59,010 nucleotides of DNA from Coriobacteriales bacterium (GTDB lineage Bacteria; Actinomycetota; Coriobacteriia; Coriobacteriales; QAMH01), in contig JBMNPN010000004.1 in NCBI GenBank assembly GCA_050943615.1, positions 1 through 59,010 on the forward strand, in the 5' to 3' direction. Below the pieces are notes generated by a model that saw only the letters and a list, made by a program, of their open reading frames with translations, ran no database searches and had not been told where the DNA came from. Position numbers and translations under genes: made by a program. Each line of letters begins with the position of its first letter. The first letter of the stretch is position 1. This document shows, one piece after another, positions 35,657 through 45,624 of the stretch.

Positions 35657-36486
35657 GCTTTTCCTATGACGAAAGCCCCCGTCCCGCTCTCGATTGCGTC
35701 TCGTTGCAGGTCGAGGAGGGCTCGTTTACCGCTTTGATCGGCTGCACCGGTTCGGGAAAGTCGACGCTCGCGCAGCTTGCCGATGCGCTTCTCGTTCCGG
35801 ATTCGGGATGTGTGCTGGTCGACGGGATGGATACGGCGGATAAGAAGCACCGGCGCCGGGTGCGTCAGACGGTCGGCGTCGTGTTCCAGCGCCCCGAACA
35901 GCAGCTCTTCGCGGCGACGGTTGCAGACGAGCTCGCCTTTGGCATGAAGTGCGCAGGAATCGAGCGCGAAGAGTTCGAGAACCGTTCCCGAGTGGCCCTT
36001 TCCCGTGTGGGCCTTGCCTACGATGCCCTTTCCGAGACGAGTCCGTTTGCGCTTTCGGGAGGGGAACGGCGACGCGTTGCCCTGGCGAGCATCCTGGTAC
36101 TCGAGCCGCGTTACCTCGTGCTCGACGAGCCTGCTGCGGGCATGGACCCCAGGTCAGTCGAGCTTGTCTATCAATCTCTTGTGGAAATCAACCGCCAGGG
36201 CACGGCAATCGTCCTCATCTCGCATGACATGGACGCCGTGGCGCGCCTTGCCGACCACATCATTGCGCTCGACAATGGCCAGGTGCTCGTAGACGGGGCG
36301 CCTGAAGAGGTCTTTTCATCTAGAAACGTCGAGATGTTGCGTGCAGCGGGGCTCGATGTTCCCCCGGCAATGGCGTTTGCCCTAGAATTGGGCACGCGCG
36401 GGCTGGACCTCGGCGCCACGCCTCTCACGACACCGCAGCTCGTCGAGGCACTGTCCGAGCAGCTGGCCAGAACAGACGACAGGTAG
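35632..36486 (+). CDS. ecfA2: ECF transporter ATPase EcfA2
   Basis: GCTGSGKST, VFQRPEQQLF, PFALSGGERRRVA, LDEPAAGMDP motifs. Confidence 0.9.
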   Translation: MPLVFDQVSFSYDESPRPALDCVSLQVEEGSFTALIGCTGSGKSTLAQLADALLVPDSGCVLVDGMDTADKKHRRRVRQTVGVVFQRPEQQLFAATVADELAFGMKCAGIEREEFENRSRVALSRVGLAYDALSETSPFALSGGERRRVALASILVLEPRYLVLDEPAAGMDPRSVELVYQSLVEINRQGTAIVLISHDMDAVARLADHIIALDNGQVLVDGAPEEVFSSRNVEMLRAAGLDVPPAMAFALELGTRGLDLGATPLTTPQLVEALSEQLARTDDR

Positions 36487-36546
36487 ATTTCGCATCAGAT
36501 TCGAACAGGGCATCTTGATGCGCGCGAACAAGGAGAAGTGAAGGCC

Positions 36547-36948
36547 ATGGCAGATATTTCAGACGAGCTCGACCAGCTCGCGGTCTCTCTCGTCCAGGCG
36601 GCGATTGACCTTCTCGATGCGGGAGAGGACGTGCCCGTGATGCTCGCCGTCGACGGGGAGGAAGGGTTCGAGACCTTCGAGGACGACAGCCCCGATGGCT
36701 GCTATCGCGCGGCATGCGAGCGGGTCGCAAGTCTGGGAGATGCCTGCACGCGCTATGCCCTGCTCTACTCTGGCGTGGTGCAAGACGAGGGCATGGACGA
36801 GGGCATGCCGGCGCTGCTCTTCGAGTTCGCCGAACGCGGAATGGACAACGCCTGGAGCGGATACTTGCTCTACCGCAAAGGCAAAGACGGCTCCTACGAG
36901 TACACCGATCCGTATCCCGCAGGGCAGGAGGAGCTTCTCTTTCGATAG
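36547..36948 (+). CDS. Hypothetical acidic protein, paralog of 1814..2374
   Basis: AAGGAGA RBS, 133 aa, shares a motif series with the 1814 protein. Confidence 0.8.
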   Translation: MADISDELDQLAVSLVQAAIDLLDAGEDVPVMLAVDGEEGFETFEDDSPDGCYRAACERVASLGDACTRYALLYSGVVQDEGMDEGMPALLFEFAERGMDNAWSGYLLYRKGKDGSYEYTDPYPAGQEELLFR

Positions 36949-37365
36949 GGAGTGTGCATAACTCTGCTCTAGGGCATGCGCAGAGGCTTCGATCGCCCGC
37001 GCTCCCGATGTGCAAACGGTGCGAAACAGGACTTGACCGGTTCATCCTCCATAGACATTTAAGCTCCATCTTGGCAATTACAACTTACAGTACTAGGTAA
37101 ACAAGCCTTTGACCTGCAGTTTTATTTTTCACGAAGATTCGTCTTGGAAGCCGTTTCGAAGTCGGACTCAGACCTGGCTTGATAAAATTTTCCTTGTCCA
37201 AATTGTTCCGAGCCGGCTTTCCATCAAGGGCGCTGGCGTCACTAGGCGCGTGTCCGGAAAGCGGCCAGGACCAGTTGAAGGTGAATGGTCGGGGGCCGAT
37301 CTCCCGAACTTCCGTAACCTCCGCTCTAACTGTGTCCAACGACAAAGAGAAAAGAGGAATGGACA

Positions 37366-38424
37366 ATGGCACAAAAGGTAATCGACGACAACATGCACTT
37401 CCTCCCGCTGGATCTGTTCACGAACGAACATATCCTCAACGGGTTCTTGAAGTCTGCGCCCATCACGATGGGCCTCAAGGCGTATCTGGACAAAACGCCT
37501 GACGGCACCAAGCGCCAGGTTGTCCTCGCCGACGACAACGGCGAGCAGATCCTGAACTACGTCGAGGGCGACTACACGCTCGAGACCAAGCTCGCCGCCA
37601 TGGACGAGGCCGGCGTCGACGTCTGCATGCTGCGTATGCCGGTGTGGCAGGAGTGGCTGCCGCTCGATATGTGCAAGGAAGTCAACCGTCAGGCAGCCGA
37701 GATGTGCAAGCAGTCCGAGGGCCGTCTCGTCGCCAACGCCGTCGTTCCGCCTTGGGGCACCTCCGAGGACCTCGACGAGGTCAAGCGCTGCATCGAAGAC
37801 TACGGCATGGTCGGCGTCCAGTTCGCCTGCTGCTACGGCAACAAGTTCCTGGACGACGAGCTGTTCGCTCCCTATATGGAGTACCTCAACGAGCACAAGA
37901 TCCCGGCCGTCGTGCATCACACCCCCGGCCAGAACGCCTTCCAGAACTTCCATGAGTACACTGTGCTCCGTCGTGAGCTCGGCCGTATCCATGCTCAGGC
38001 TGCTGCTGTCGGCCGTGAGATCTACTCCGGCATGTTCGAGAAGTGGCCGAACCTCATCTTCGTCCACACCATGTTCGGTGGCAACTGGTTCGGTCTCCAG
38101 GAGATCCTGGCTCCGCACAAAAGCACCAAGAAGAAGGAGGCCATGAACCGCCTCCAGGCCGGCATCAGCAAGGAGGACTACGACAAGTACCTCAAGAACA
38201 ACATCTACTTCGACGCGACGCACCCGATGAGCTGGGGCAAGACTGCGCTCGAGGCTGCTGTCAAGATCTGCGGCGCTGACCATATTCTCATGGGCTCTTC
38301 CTTCCCCGTGTTCTACGAGTGGATGGCCCGCTCCGTCGAGACCATCAAGGGCCTCGACATCACCGACGAGGAGAAGGACCTCATCCTCGGCGGCAATGCT
38401 CAGCGCCTGTTCCACATCGAGTAA
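37366..38424 (+). CDS. Amidohydrolase_2-family TIM-barrel protein (decarboxylase/hydratase-like) with atypical ligands
   Basis: LAAMDEAGVD, GMVGVQF, VVHHTP, FVHTMFGG, IYFDAT, DHILMGSSFP, ILGGNAQRLF motifs. Confidence 0.88.
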   Translation: MAQKVIDDNMHFLPLDLFTNEHILNGFLKSAPITMGLKAYLDKTPDGTKRQVVLADDNGEQILNYVEGDYTLETKLAAMDEAGVDVCMLRMPVWQEWLPLDMCKEVNRQAAEMCKQSEGRLVANAVVPPWGTSEDLDEVKRCIEDYGMVGVQFACCYGNKFLDDELFAPYMEYLNEHKIPAVVHHTPGQNAFQNFHEYTVLRRELGRIHAQAAAVGREIYSGMFEKWPNLIFVHTMFGGNWFGLQEILAPHKSTKKKEAMNRLQAGISKEDYDKYLKNNIYFDATHPMSWGKTALEAAVKICGADHILMGSSFPVFYEWMARSVETIKGLDITDEEKDLILGGNAQRLFHIE

Positions 38425-38474
38425 GGACAGATTTCTGACGAGAGAGTTTGCCCTGTACGAAGTTTTGGCCTAGA

Positions 38475-38516
38475 GAAGGGCCCTGCACTGAAAGGTGTGG
38501 GGCCCTTCGTCTTTCT
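38475..38516 (+). terminator. Intrinsic terminator
   Basis: GAAGGGCCCTGCAC/GTGTGGGGCCCTTC hairpin followed by GTCTTTCT. Confidence 0.65.
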
Positions 38517-38525
38517 GCTGGTGGA

Positions 38526-38703
38526 GCCCCGTGGGGGGCCGGGGTTGTCCCAGGCGACTTTGCGGAGCAGCTCATGCCGGCTCGCTGCGCGAAAGCGAGC
38601 GGCCCTTCTTTTCGCGCAGAGCGCGAAAATCGCGAGCTGCGCACCGAGCCGGCATAAGCGGGTGCGGAGCGTGAGCCTGGGACAACCCCGGCCCCCACGG
38701 GGC
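38526..38703. repeat. Hairpin element family H1, copy 2 (29-30-bp arms, reverse orientation)
   Basis: Arms GCCCCGTGGGGGGCCGGGGTTGTCCCAGGC and GCCTGGGACAACCCCGGCCCCCACGGGGC. Confidence 0.85.
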
Positions 38704-38804
38704 GGCGAACTGTCCAGGGGATGCGGCGCTAGATCTATCAAGGCTACCGAACGCGGCCGACCACCTAGGCAAGGTTCTGTGAACGACGTGCTGGGGCACG
38801 CCCT

Positions 38805-39035
38805 ACCTGTGTCCGCGCACCAAGGCCGCTTGCGCGCAGCGTGCACGGAAACCTCGCTCGTGCGCGCACACTAGGACAGGTTCCGCGCGAGAATCCGCGC
38901 ACGTGAGGGAGTTCGGTGCAAATCGAGCCCAATTCCTCGCGGAAGTCCTGTTCGTGCGCGCACACCAAGGCAAGTTCGGTGCACCGCGTGCAGAACCTCG
39001 CTACGTGCGCGCGCACCAGCGGCGCTCCGATGCAC
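38805..39035. repeat. Array of about 5 palindromic units with core GTGCGCGCAC (family B)
   Basis: Cores at 38811, 38860, 38893, 38954 and 39005; flanks such as GCAGAACCTCG and TTCGGTGCA recur. Confidence 0.75.
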
Positions 39036-39039
39036 GGGA

Positions 39040-39232
39040 CGCATCGAACCCAGCCACGTGGTCGACCACCAGAAGGGTTTGGATGCAACCCGCATCGAAC
39101 CCAGCCACGTGGTCGACCACCAGGGGCACTTGGATGCAGGATCCGCGCCGAACCCTGCCACGTGGGCGAGCAACCGACCAGAATCCGCATCGAACCCTCC
39201 CACGTGGTCGACCACCCAGGTCCTCTCGATGC
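39040..39232. repeat. Family A array, 4 units, inverted relative to 32530..33058
   Basis: GCATCGAACCCAGCCACGTGGTCGACCACC occurs twice. Core spacings are 51,53,42, which is 42,53,51 read in the orientation of the first array. Confidence 0.9.
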
Positions 39233-39382
39233 ATTGTGTGAGCGTCCAGAAATGACCTTTTTCGAAGAATATTGGCAACACCACAGGAAAGGCACATTCC
39301 GCAAGAGCACGAGCGTGGTATTCTATTGGCTTGTCTGTACTCACATTCGATAATCAGGTTCAGGTAACGGGAATTTAAGAGC

Positions 39383-41206
39383 ATGCTTCAGGAGAACATT
39401 CGCAATATCGCCATCATCGCCCACGTCGATCATGGCAAGACGACGCTGGTCGATCGCCTGCTGCAGACGGCGGGCGTCTTCCGCGAGAACCAGCAGGTCC
39501 AAGATCGTGTCCTCGACTCCAATGACCAGGAGCGCGAGCGCGGCATCACCATCCTTTCCAAGAACGTCTCGATTCGCTACAAGGGCGTCAAGATCAACGT
39601 CATCGACACTCCGGGCCATGCCGACTTCGGCGGTGAGGTCGAGCGCGTCTTGAAGATGGCCGACGGCGTCCTGTTGCTCGTCGATGCCTTCGAGGGCCCG
39701 ATGCCGCAGACCCGTTTCGTTCTCAAGCATGCCCTTGCCATCAACCTGACCCCGATTGTCGTCATCAACAAGATCGACCGCCCCGGCGCGCGCCCCGACG
39801 AGGTGCTCGACGAGGTCTTCGAGCTCATGATGGAACTTGGCGCGACCGACGAGCAGCTCGATTTCAAGACGGTCTACACGAGCGCGGTCAACGGCTACGC
39901 CCGTCTCGATCCCGAAGACGGCAACAACGATATGTACCCGCTCCTCGATGCGATTCTCGAGGATATTCCCGCACCCGATGTCGACCCGGACGGCCCGCTC
40001 GCGATGCAGATCTGCACGGTGGACCACTCCGACTACGTTGGCCGCATCGGCACAGGGCGCCTCTATTCCGGTTCGATTCACACGGGCGATAGGGTCCTGG
40101 TCGTCAAGAACGACCAGTCCAATCGCTACGAGACGACCATCAAGCAGCTCTACACCTTCGAGGCGCTCGGACGCCAGGAGGCCGACAGCGCCGAGGCGGG
40201 CGACATCATCGCCGTCGTCGGCGTGGAAGATGCCGACATCGGTGACGTCGTCACCGACGTGGAGAACCCGGTCGAGATGGAGCCCATCGAGGTCGAGGAG
40301 CCGACGCTTTCCGTCGTCTTCGAGGCCTCTACCAGCCCGCTCGTGGGGCAGGAGGGCGATATCGTCGGTGCCCGCCAGCTCAAGGAGCGCCTGATGCGCG
40401 AGGGCGAGGCCAACATCTCGATGCGCATCCGCGAGCTCGACGACAAGAGCGGCATCGAGGTATCGGGCCGCGGCGTCCTGCACCTCTCGGTCCTCATGGA
40501 GACGATGCGCCGCGAGGGCTTCGAGTTCCAGGTCGGCCGCCCGCGCGTCCTGTTCAAGGAAATCGACGGCAAGCGCATGGAGCCCATCGAGGAGGCCACC
40601 GTCGAGACGCCGGAGGAATATTCCGGCAAGATCATCGAGCTGTTCGGCACGGCCGGCGGCGAGATGACCAACATGGCATCCCACCAGGACCAGACCGTCC
40701 TCGACTTCAAGATCCCGACGCGCGGCATCATGGGCCTGCGCACCAAGATCTTGAACGTGAGCCACGGTGAGGCCATCTTCAGCCACCGTTTCAGCGAATA
40801 TGGGCCCTACCGCGGCGAGATCGTGGGACGCAAGAACGGCGTCATGGTCGCCATGTCCACGGACAAGGCCGTCGCCTATGCGCTCGATACCCTGCAGCAG
40901 CGCGGCACGATGTTCGTGGAGCCGGGCGATGAGTGCTACGAGGGCATGATCGTCGGCGAGAACGCCAAGGAAGGCGACATGGACGTCAACGTCTCCAAGA
41001 CGAAGAACCTCGGCAACCAGCGCGCATCCACCGCGGACAAGGCGATCCTCCTCACGCCGCCGGTGAAGTTCACCCTCGAAGAGGCGCTCGAGTACATTGC
41101 AGACGACGAGCTCGTCGAAGTGACCCCCAAGTCGATTCGCCTGCGCAAGCGCACGCTCGGAAAGCTCGAGCGCAAGAAGGAACGCGCCCGCGCTCTGGGC
41201 AAATAG
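39383..41206 (+). CDS. typA: Translational GTPase TypA/BipA
   Basis: [56 protein letters not shown] motifs. Confidence 0.98.
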   Translation: MLQENIRNIAIIAHVDHGKTTLVDRLLQTAGVFRENQQVQDRVLDSNDQERERGITILSKNVSIRYKGVKINVIDTPGHADFGGEVERVLKMADGVLLLVDAFEGPMPQTRFVLKHALAINLTPIVVINKIDRPGARPDEVLDEVFELMMELGATDEQLDFKTVYTSAVNGYARLDPEDGNNDMYPLLDAILEDIPAPDVDPDGPLAMQICTVDHSDYVGRIGTGRLYSGSIHTGDRVLVVKNDQSNRYETTIKQLYTFEALGRQEADSAEAGDIIAVVGVEDADIGDVVTDVENPVEMEPIEVEEPTLSVVFEASTSPLVGQEGDIVGARQLKERLMREGEANISMRIRELDDKSGIEVSGRGVLHLSVLMETMRREGFEFQVGRPRVLFKEIDGKRMEPIEEATVETPEEYSGKIIELFGTAGGEMTNMASHQDQTVLDFKIPTRGIMGLRTKILNVSHGEAIFSHRFSEYGPYRGEIVGRKNGVMVAMSTDKAVAYALDTLQQRGTMFVEPGDECYEGMIVGENAKEGDMDVNVSKTKNLGNQRASTADKAILLTPPVKFTLEEALEYIADDELVEVTPKSIRLRKRTLGKLERKKERARALGK

Positions 41207-41215
41207 GGGGTCACG

Positions 41216-41995
41216 ATGGCACAGGAGCTCCTGAGACTCAACAAGGCAAAGGTCAGGCGCGACGGGCGCTACATCCTCGACGTCGACTCCTTCGTGGTCG
41301 AGGAGGGCGAGACCGTCGTCATCCTCGGGCCCAACGGTTCGGGCAAGTCGACCCTCATCAAGTTGCTCACGCGTGAGATGATGCCGCTGTGGCACGAGGA
41401 CGTGCCCGTGCGCTTCATGGGCGATGACCATGCGTCGCTCGAGGACATCAACAAGACGGTCGGCATCGTCTCCATGAGCAAGCAGGAGTTCATGATGACG
41501 CACCGCAAGGTGCTCGACATTGTGCTCGGCGGCTTTTTCGGAAGCGTCGGCGTCCCCTATCACTTCGCCGCCTCCGACGAGCAGATCCGCGCCGCCTATT
41601 CCGCCATCCGCGAACTCGGCATCACGGGGCTTGCCGAGCGCGACATGCTCACGCTCTCCACGGGCCAGGTGCGCCGCGTCATGATCGCCCGTGCTCTCAT
41701 CAACGGCCCCAAGGTCCTCGTGTTCGACGAGCCCTGCACCGGCCTCGACGTCGAGGCAAAGTGGCACCTGCGCCAGTCCCTTTCCGCGCTCGCGAAGTCG
41801 GGGCGCACCATCTTGCTGGTGACGCACGACGTGGAGGACATCGTGCCCGAGTTCAAGCGCGTGGTCATGCTGCAGGATGCGCATATCGTCGCCGACGGAC
41901 CCAAAGAGGAGCTTCTCACTACAGCTCGACTGCGCCATTTATTTGGCGTTCCGATAACTCTCGTGGAAAACGATGGCCGCTATCACCTGCAATAA
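41216..41995 (+). CDS. Stand-alone ABC ATP-binding protein (ModF-like)
   Basis: GPNGSGKST, LSTGQVRRVMIARAL, FDEPCTGLD, VTH motifs; no adjacent permease. Confidence 0.88.
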   Translation: MAQELLRLNKAKVRRDGRYILDVDSFVVEEGETVVILGPNGSGKSTLIKLLTREMMPLWHEDVPVRFMGDDHASLEDINKTVGIVSMSKQEFMMTHRKVLDIVLGGFFGSVGVPYHFAASDEQIRAAYSAIRELGITGLAERDMLTLSTGQVRRVMIARALINGPKVLVFDEPCTGLDVEAKWHLRQSLSALAKSGRTILLVTHDVEDIVPEFKRVVMLQDAHIVADGPKEELLTTARLRHLFGVPITLVENDGRYHLQ

Positions 41996-42061
41996 GACAT
42001 GCGACCTGCAATTAGGCTAGAATAGCCACGAGTATCACTGAATGTCTAGGAGGAGGGCCAG

Positions 42062-45000
42062 ATGGCCGAACTCATGGATCACGTAAAGGTACTCGCCGAC
42101 CAGATAGGTCCGCGCCCTGTCAGCACGGAAGAGGAGCATCAGACCTCCCTCTATGTTGCCCAAGAGCTGACAGATGATGGACTCGATGTCACGGTCGACG
42201 AGTTCGCAACGCCGACAGGGACACGGTGGCCCTACGTCATCGCCTATGCCCTCGCCATTTTGGGAACGATAATCTCCGGTGTCGGCATCTTCGTTCCGGG
42301 AATCGCCGCTTCGATGTACTTGGTCGGCCTCATCTTCTTGGCCGTCGCCTTCTTCATCTACTATTCCGAGTATTACAACAAGCCGTTCCTTTCCAATCGC
42401 AGGGCCGGCGGCATCTCGCAAAACGTCGTCGCCAAGTACGTGCCTTCGAGCGTCCAGCGCGAGCAGCGACGCCGCAAGGTCGTCGTCGTGGCGCATGTGG
42501 ACACGGTCCGCGCGCAGCCCGAGGCCATGCCCGCCGTCATACAGCGACTGCCGCTTCTAAAGCGCATCCTCTTCTATGTGATGATTGGCGTGCTTGTCAT
42601 CGAGGTCGTGCGGCTTTTGCCGATCCCCTGGCCCGATGGCGTCGATTTTGCTCTCTGGATCATCTCCCTCATAGCTTGCGTCTATCTGCTGCTCGCGATG
42701 ATCTGCATCATCGCGAGCCGTTTCATGCCGTACCTCTCCGGTGCCAATGACAACGCCTCTTCCATCTCGGTGCTGCTCAGCGTCGCAAAGCGCCTCCTCG
42801 ACCCCGAGGAGCGCGAGCGCTACGCGGTGGAGCGTCCCGTAGAGCAGACCGGCGAGATTCCCGTCGAGACCCTTGTCAGCTCGACTGGCCAGATTCCCGT
42901 TGTGCACGACGCCGAGACCGCCCAAGAGGCGGGCGTCGTTCCCGAGGGCGCGGAGATTGCCTACGAGGCGGAACCCAGCGCGGCTCCCACGCAGGTCATG
43001 AATCCCGTCAACCTCGAGGAGAGCGTCCCTGCGCTTTCCGGTGAAGATGCGTTTTCGGCTGTCCCGAGCGTGCAAGATCAAGGTCAGCAGCAAGACCTGT
43101 CCGCAGCGCCGACAACGGTCATTCCGGTTCCGGGTGCCGAGGGGCAGGCCCCGGTTCAGCAGCAGCCCGCGCCCGCTCCTTTCCCCGAGGTTCCCGAGGC
43201 TGCTCCGCAACCCGAGGGCTACCAGCCGCTCCCTTCAGACCTCTTTGCGAAGACGCCGGAGGAGTCCGTGAGCGGTGTCGCGGCTCCACAGCAGTTCTCG
43301 CCCCAGGGGCAACCTGCATCTCAGCCTGTGCCCGAGCCTGTCGAAGAGACGCCTGCTGTCGCCGTGACGCTTCCCGAAAACGGCGAAGTCCCCGCTGGCG
43401 GCTATTGGCCCAAGGCAGGAGACGAAGCCGAGGCAGTGACCGTGGGCGATGTCGTGGCCGCGCCTGCCCCTGCCCCCGCTCCCGAACCCAAGCCTGCGCC
43501 GGCCCCCGAGCCGCAGGACAATATTCCCTCCTGGTACAAGACCGCAAAGAAGCGCGCCGCCGCCGATATGGCGGGCAAGGAGGACAAGGGCAAAGACGTC
43601 GACGCGAGCACGTACCGCTCCCGTTTTGCCGAAATCCCGCTGACCGGCCGTATGGGCGCTTCCCAAGAAGAGCCTTCCGAGCCAGAGCCTGAAAAGCCGG
43701 TTGCCAGTGCCGAGAAGGTGGCAGCTGCTGCTGCGACGGCGCAGCCCGAGCCCGCTCAGGTTCCCGAAAAGCAGCAGGAAGCCCCGCAGGCCGAGCCCGC
43801 TGCCCCCGCTGCCCGCGTTCCCTCGCCCAAGGTCGACGAGGTACTCGCCGCTCCGGTTCCCGCAGCGGCCGAGCCTGCCCCTGCACAGGCTGAGGATGTC
43901 GAGCGCCCCGCATTGAAGCTCGACTTCGACGAAGACGAGTTCGACGAGCTCACACCGGATCTGAGCGGCATGTTCGAGCCGGTGTCAACCGAACCTGCGT
44001 CGGCGCCTGAAAAGGCCACCCCGGCTGTGAGTCCGCTCACCGTTCCCGAAATCGACAAGAAGGATGTCCAGGAAGCGCCCGAGCAGGAAGAGAAGGCCCC
44101 TGGGGAATCTGAGGAAGAAAAGGGGCAGACCGGCGTTCTGCGCGGCCTTACCTCCCGCATCCCCATCATCGGCTCTTCTACAGGCTCGCATCGCGGTGCC
44201 GGAGCAGAAGAGGCGCAGGGCGACGCTGCGCAGCGCCCAAAGCCCAAGGTCGATCGCCGCAAGCCCACGGCACGCCACATTACCCAGGAATTCCAGCCCA
44301 CGCGTCCGGTCAACGAGCGCGAGAACAAGGCGCTCGATTCGATGCGCCAGCAGGCACCCGCGAGCTCGACCTACGAGGACACGCCTCAAGCCGGCCCCGA
44401 GACTGACCCGTTCGCCCCGCGCGAGGAGCGCATGGGCGCCACCCAGGCCTACTCCGAGCCCTCCGGCTCGTTCCCCTCGCTTTCGGGGCAGATGCCCGCC
44501 GTGGGCGCAGACCCGCTCTCCTCTCCGGGCAACTCCTCGTCCTTCCCGGCGCTGACCGGCTCGTTCCCGGCCATCTCGGGCGCCATCCCGACCATCGATT
44601 CCAGCGATTTCGGGGGCGATGACTTTGGCTACGAGCCAACGGCCGACGAGGTCGCCGATGACTTCATTTCTCCTGCCATGACCTCGGAGATCGACATTCC
44701 CGAATCGCGCTTCCACTCCATGACCGACAAGGTCTCTGGCTTCTTCAAGCACCGCAAGAAGCGCAGCCACAAGACCGACGACGGCATGGATCCCAACGAG
44801 GAACTCGGCAGCAACGACGTCGACAACTGGGACGATGACGACGACTTCGGTTGGAAGGGCGGCGGATACCTCGACGAGAACGAGTCGGCTTTCGAAGCGG
44901 CCAAGGCACGTGCGGCCGAGATCCGCGATTCGGTCATCCAGATGACCGAAAATGACCTGCTCGACAAGGAGGTCTGGTTCGTCGCACTCGGCGCTTCGAG

Positions 45001-45400
45001 CGCGAATGCCCAGGGCATGAAGAACTTCCTCGAGCTGCACGGCTCCGAGCTGCGCGGCTCGCTCATCATCAACCTCGAGGCCGTCGGCGCAGGCGAGGTT
45101 TGTTTCGTCGACAGCGAGGGCACCGGTAAGCCGCACCGCAGCGACCGCCGTCTCCAGAGTCTGGTCAAGAAGGCTTCCCGCGAGCTCGATGGCTCGGAGA
45201 TGCGCTCCCAGAAACTCGAGTGGCGCAATACCGATGCGACGCCCGCCATGCTGAGCGGCATGCGCGCGATGTCGATTATGGGCTTCGACGGGGAGGTCCC
45301 CGCCAACTGGCACTGGACCACCGATACGATCGATGGCATCGATCCCAACAACCTCGAGTACGTGACCAAGCTCCTGCTCAAGATGATCGAGAACAGCTAG
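42062..45400 (+). CDS. Membrane-anchored M28-peptidase-fold protein with a ~700-aa low-complexity insertion
   Basis: GPRP, QNVVAK, AHVDT and GANDNASS in the N-terminal part; EVWFVALG, INLEAVG and NWHWTTD in the C-terminal part; four hydrophobic segments. Confidence 0.85.
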   Translation: MAELMDHVKVLADQIGPRPVSTEEEHQTSLYVAQELTDDGLDVTVDEFATPTGTRWPYVIAYALAILGTIISGVGIFVPGIAASMYLVGLIFLAVAFFIYYSEYYNKPFLSNRRAGGISQNVVAKYVPSSVQREQRRRKVVVVAHVDTVRAQPEAMPAVIQRLPLLKRILFYVMIGVLVIEVVRLLPIPWPDGVDFALWIISLIACVYLLLAMICIIASRFMPYLSGANDNASSISVLLSVAKRLLDPEERERYAVERPVEQTGEIPVETLVSSTGQIPVVHDAETAQEAGVVPEGAEIAYEAEPSAAPTQVMNPVNLEESVPALSGEDAFSAVPSVQDQGQQQDLSAAPTTVIPVPGAEGQAPVQQQPAPAPFPEVPEAAPQPEGYQPLPSDLFAKTPEESVSGVAAPQQFSPQGQPASQPVPEPVEETPAVAVTLPENGEVPAGGYWPKAGDEAEAVTVGDVVAAPAPAPAPEPKPAPAPEPQDNIPSWYKTAKKRAAADMAGKEDKGKDVDASTYRSRFAEIPLTGRMGASQEEPSEPEPEKPVASAEKVAAAAATAQPEPAQVPEKQQEAPQAEPAAPAARVPSPKVDEVLAAPVPAAAEPAPAQAEDVERPALKLDFDEDEFDELTPDLSGMFEPVSTEPASAPEKATPAVSPLTVPEIDKKDVQEAPEQEEKAPGESEEEKGQTGVLRGLTSRIPIIGSSTGSHRGAGAEEAQGDAAQRPKPKVDRRKPTARHITQEFQPTRPVNERENKALDSMRQQAPASSTYEDTPQAGPETDPFAPREERMGATQAYSEPSGSFPSLSGQMPAVGADPLSSPGNSSSFPALTGSFPAISGAIPTIDSSDFGGDDFGYEPTADEVADDFISPAMTSEIDIPESRFHSMTDKVSGFFKHRKKRSHKTDDGMDPNEELGSNDVDNWDDDDDFGWKGGGYLDENESAFEAAKARAAEIRDSVIQMTENDLLDKEVWFVALGASSANAQGMKNFLELHGSELRGSLIINLEAVGAGEVCFVDSEGTGKPHRSDRRLQSLVKKASRELDGSEMRSQKLEWRNTDATPAMLSGMRAMSIMGFDGEVPANWHWTTDTIDGIDPNNLEYVTKLLLKMIENS

Positions 45401-45425
45401 AAAGTCTGATTCAAATACAAATCAA

Positions 45426-45462
45426 ACGAGGGCGCCTCTCTTCGGGGCGCCCTCGTCGTTTT
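45426..45462 (+). terminator. Intrinsic terminator
   Basis: ACGAGGGCGCC/GGCGCCCTCGT hairpin followed by CGTTTT. Confidence 0.7.
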
Positions 45463-45624
45463 GCGGCCTGTCTTTACCGCTCCTTTAGCATGACGCATGC
45501 CGGCCTTCAACGAAAAGAGCCGAAAGTGCACAGGCAGCACGCCGCGAGAGCGGCTATTGTCATATAGTGTCTGTGATTTGCGCTTTGGCGCGGTAGTCGG
45601 GTGACTTTGTTGAAAGGGGCTTTG

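Noticed and set aside
45480-45624. ZMP/ZTP or purine riboswitch upstream of purH (also checked upstream of purB and PNP)
   Set aside because: No recognisable consensus by eye; an Infernal scan would be needed to exclude it formally.
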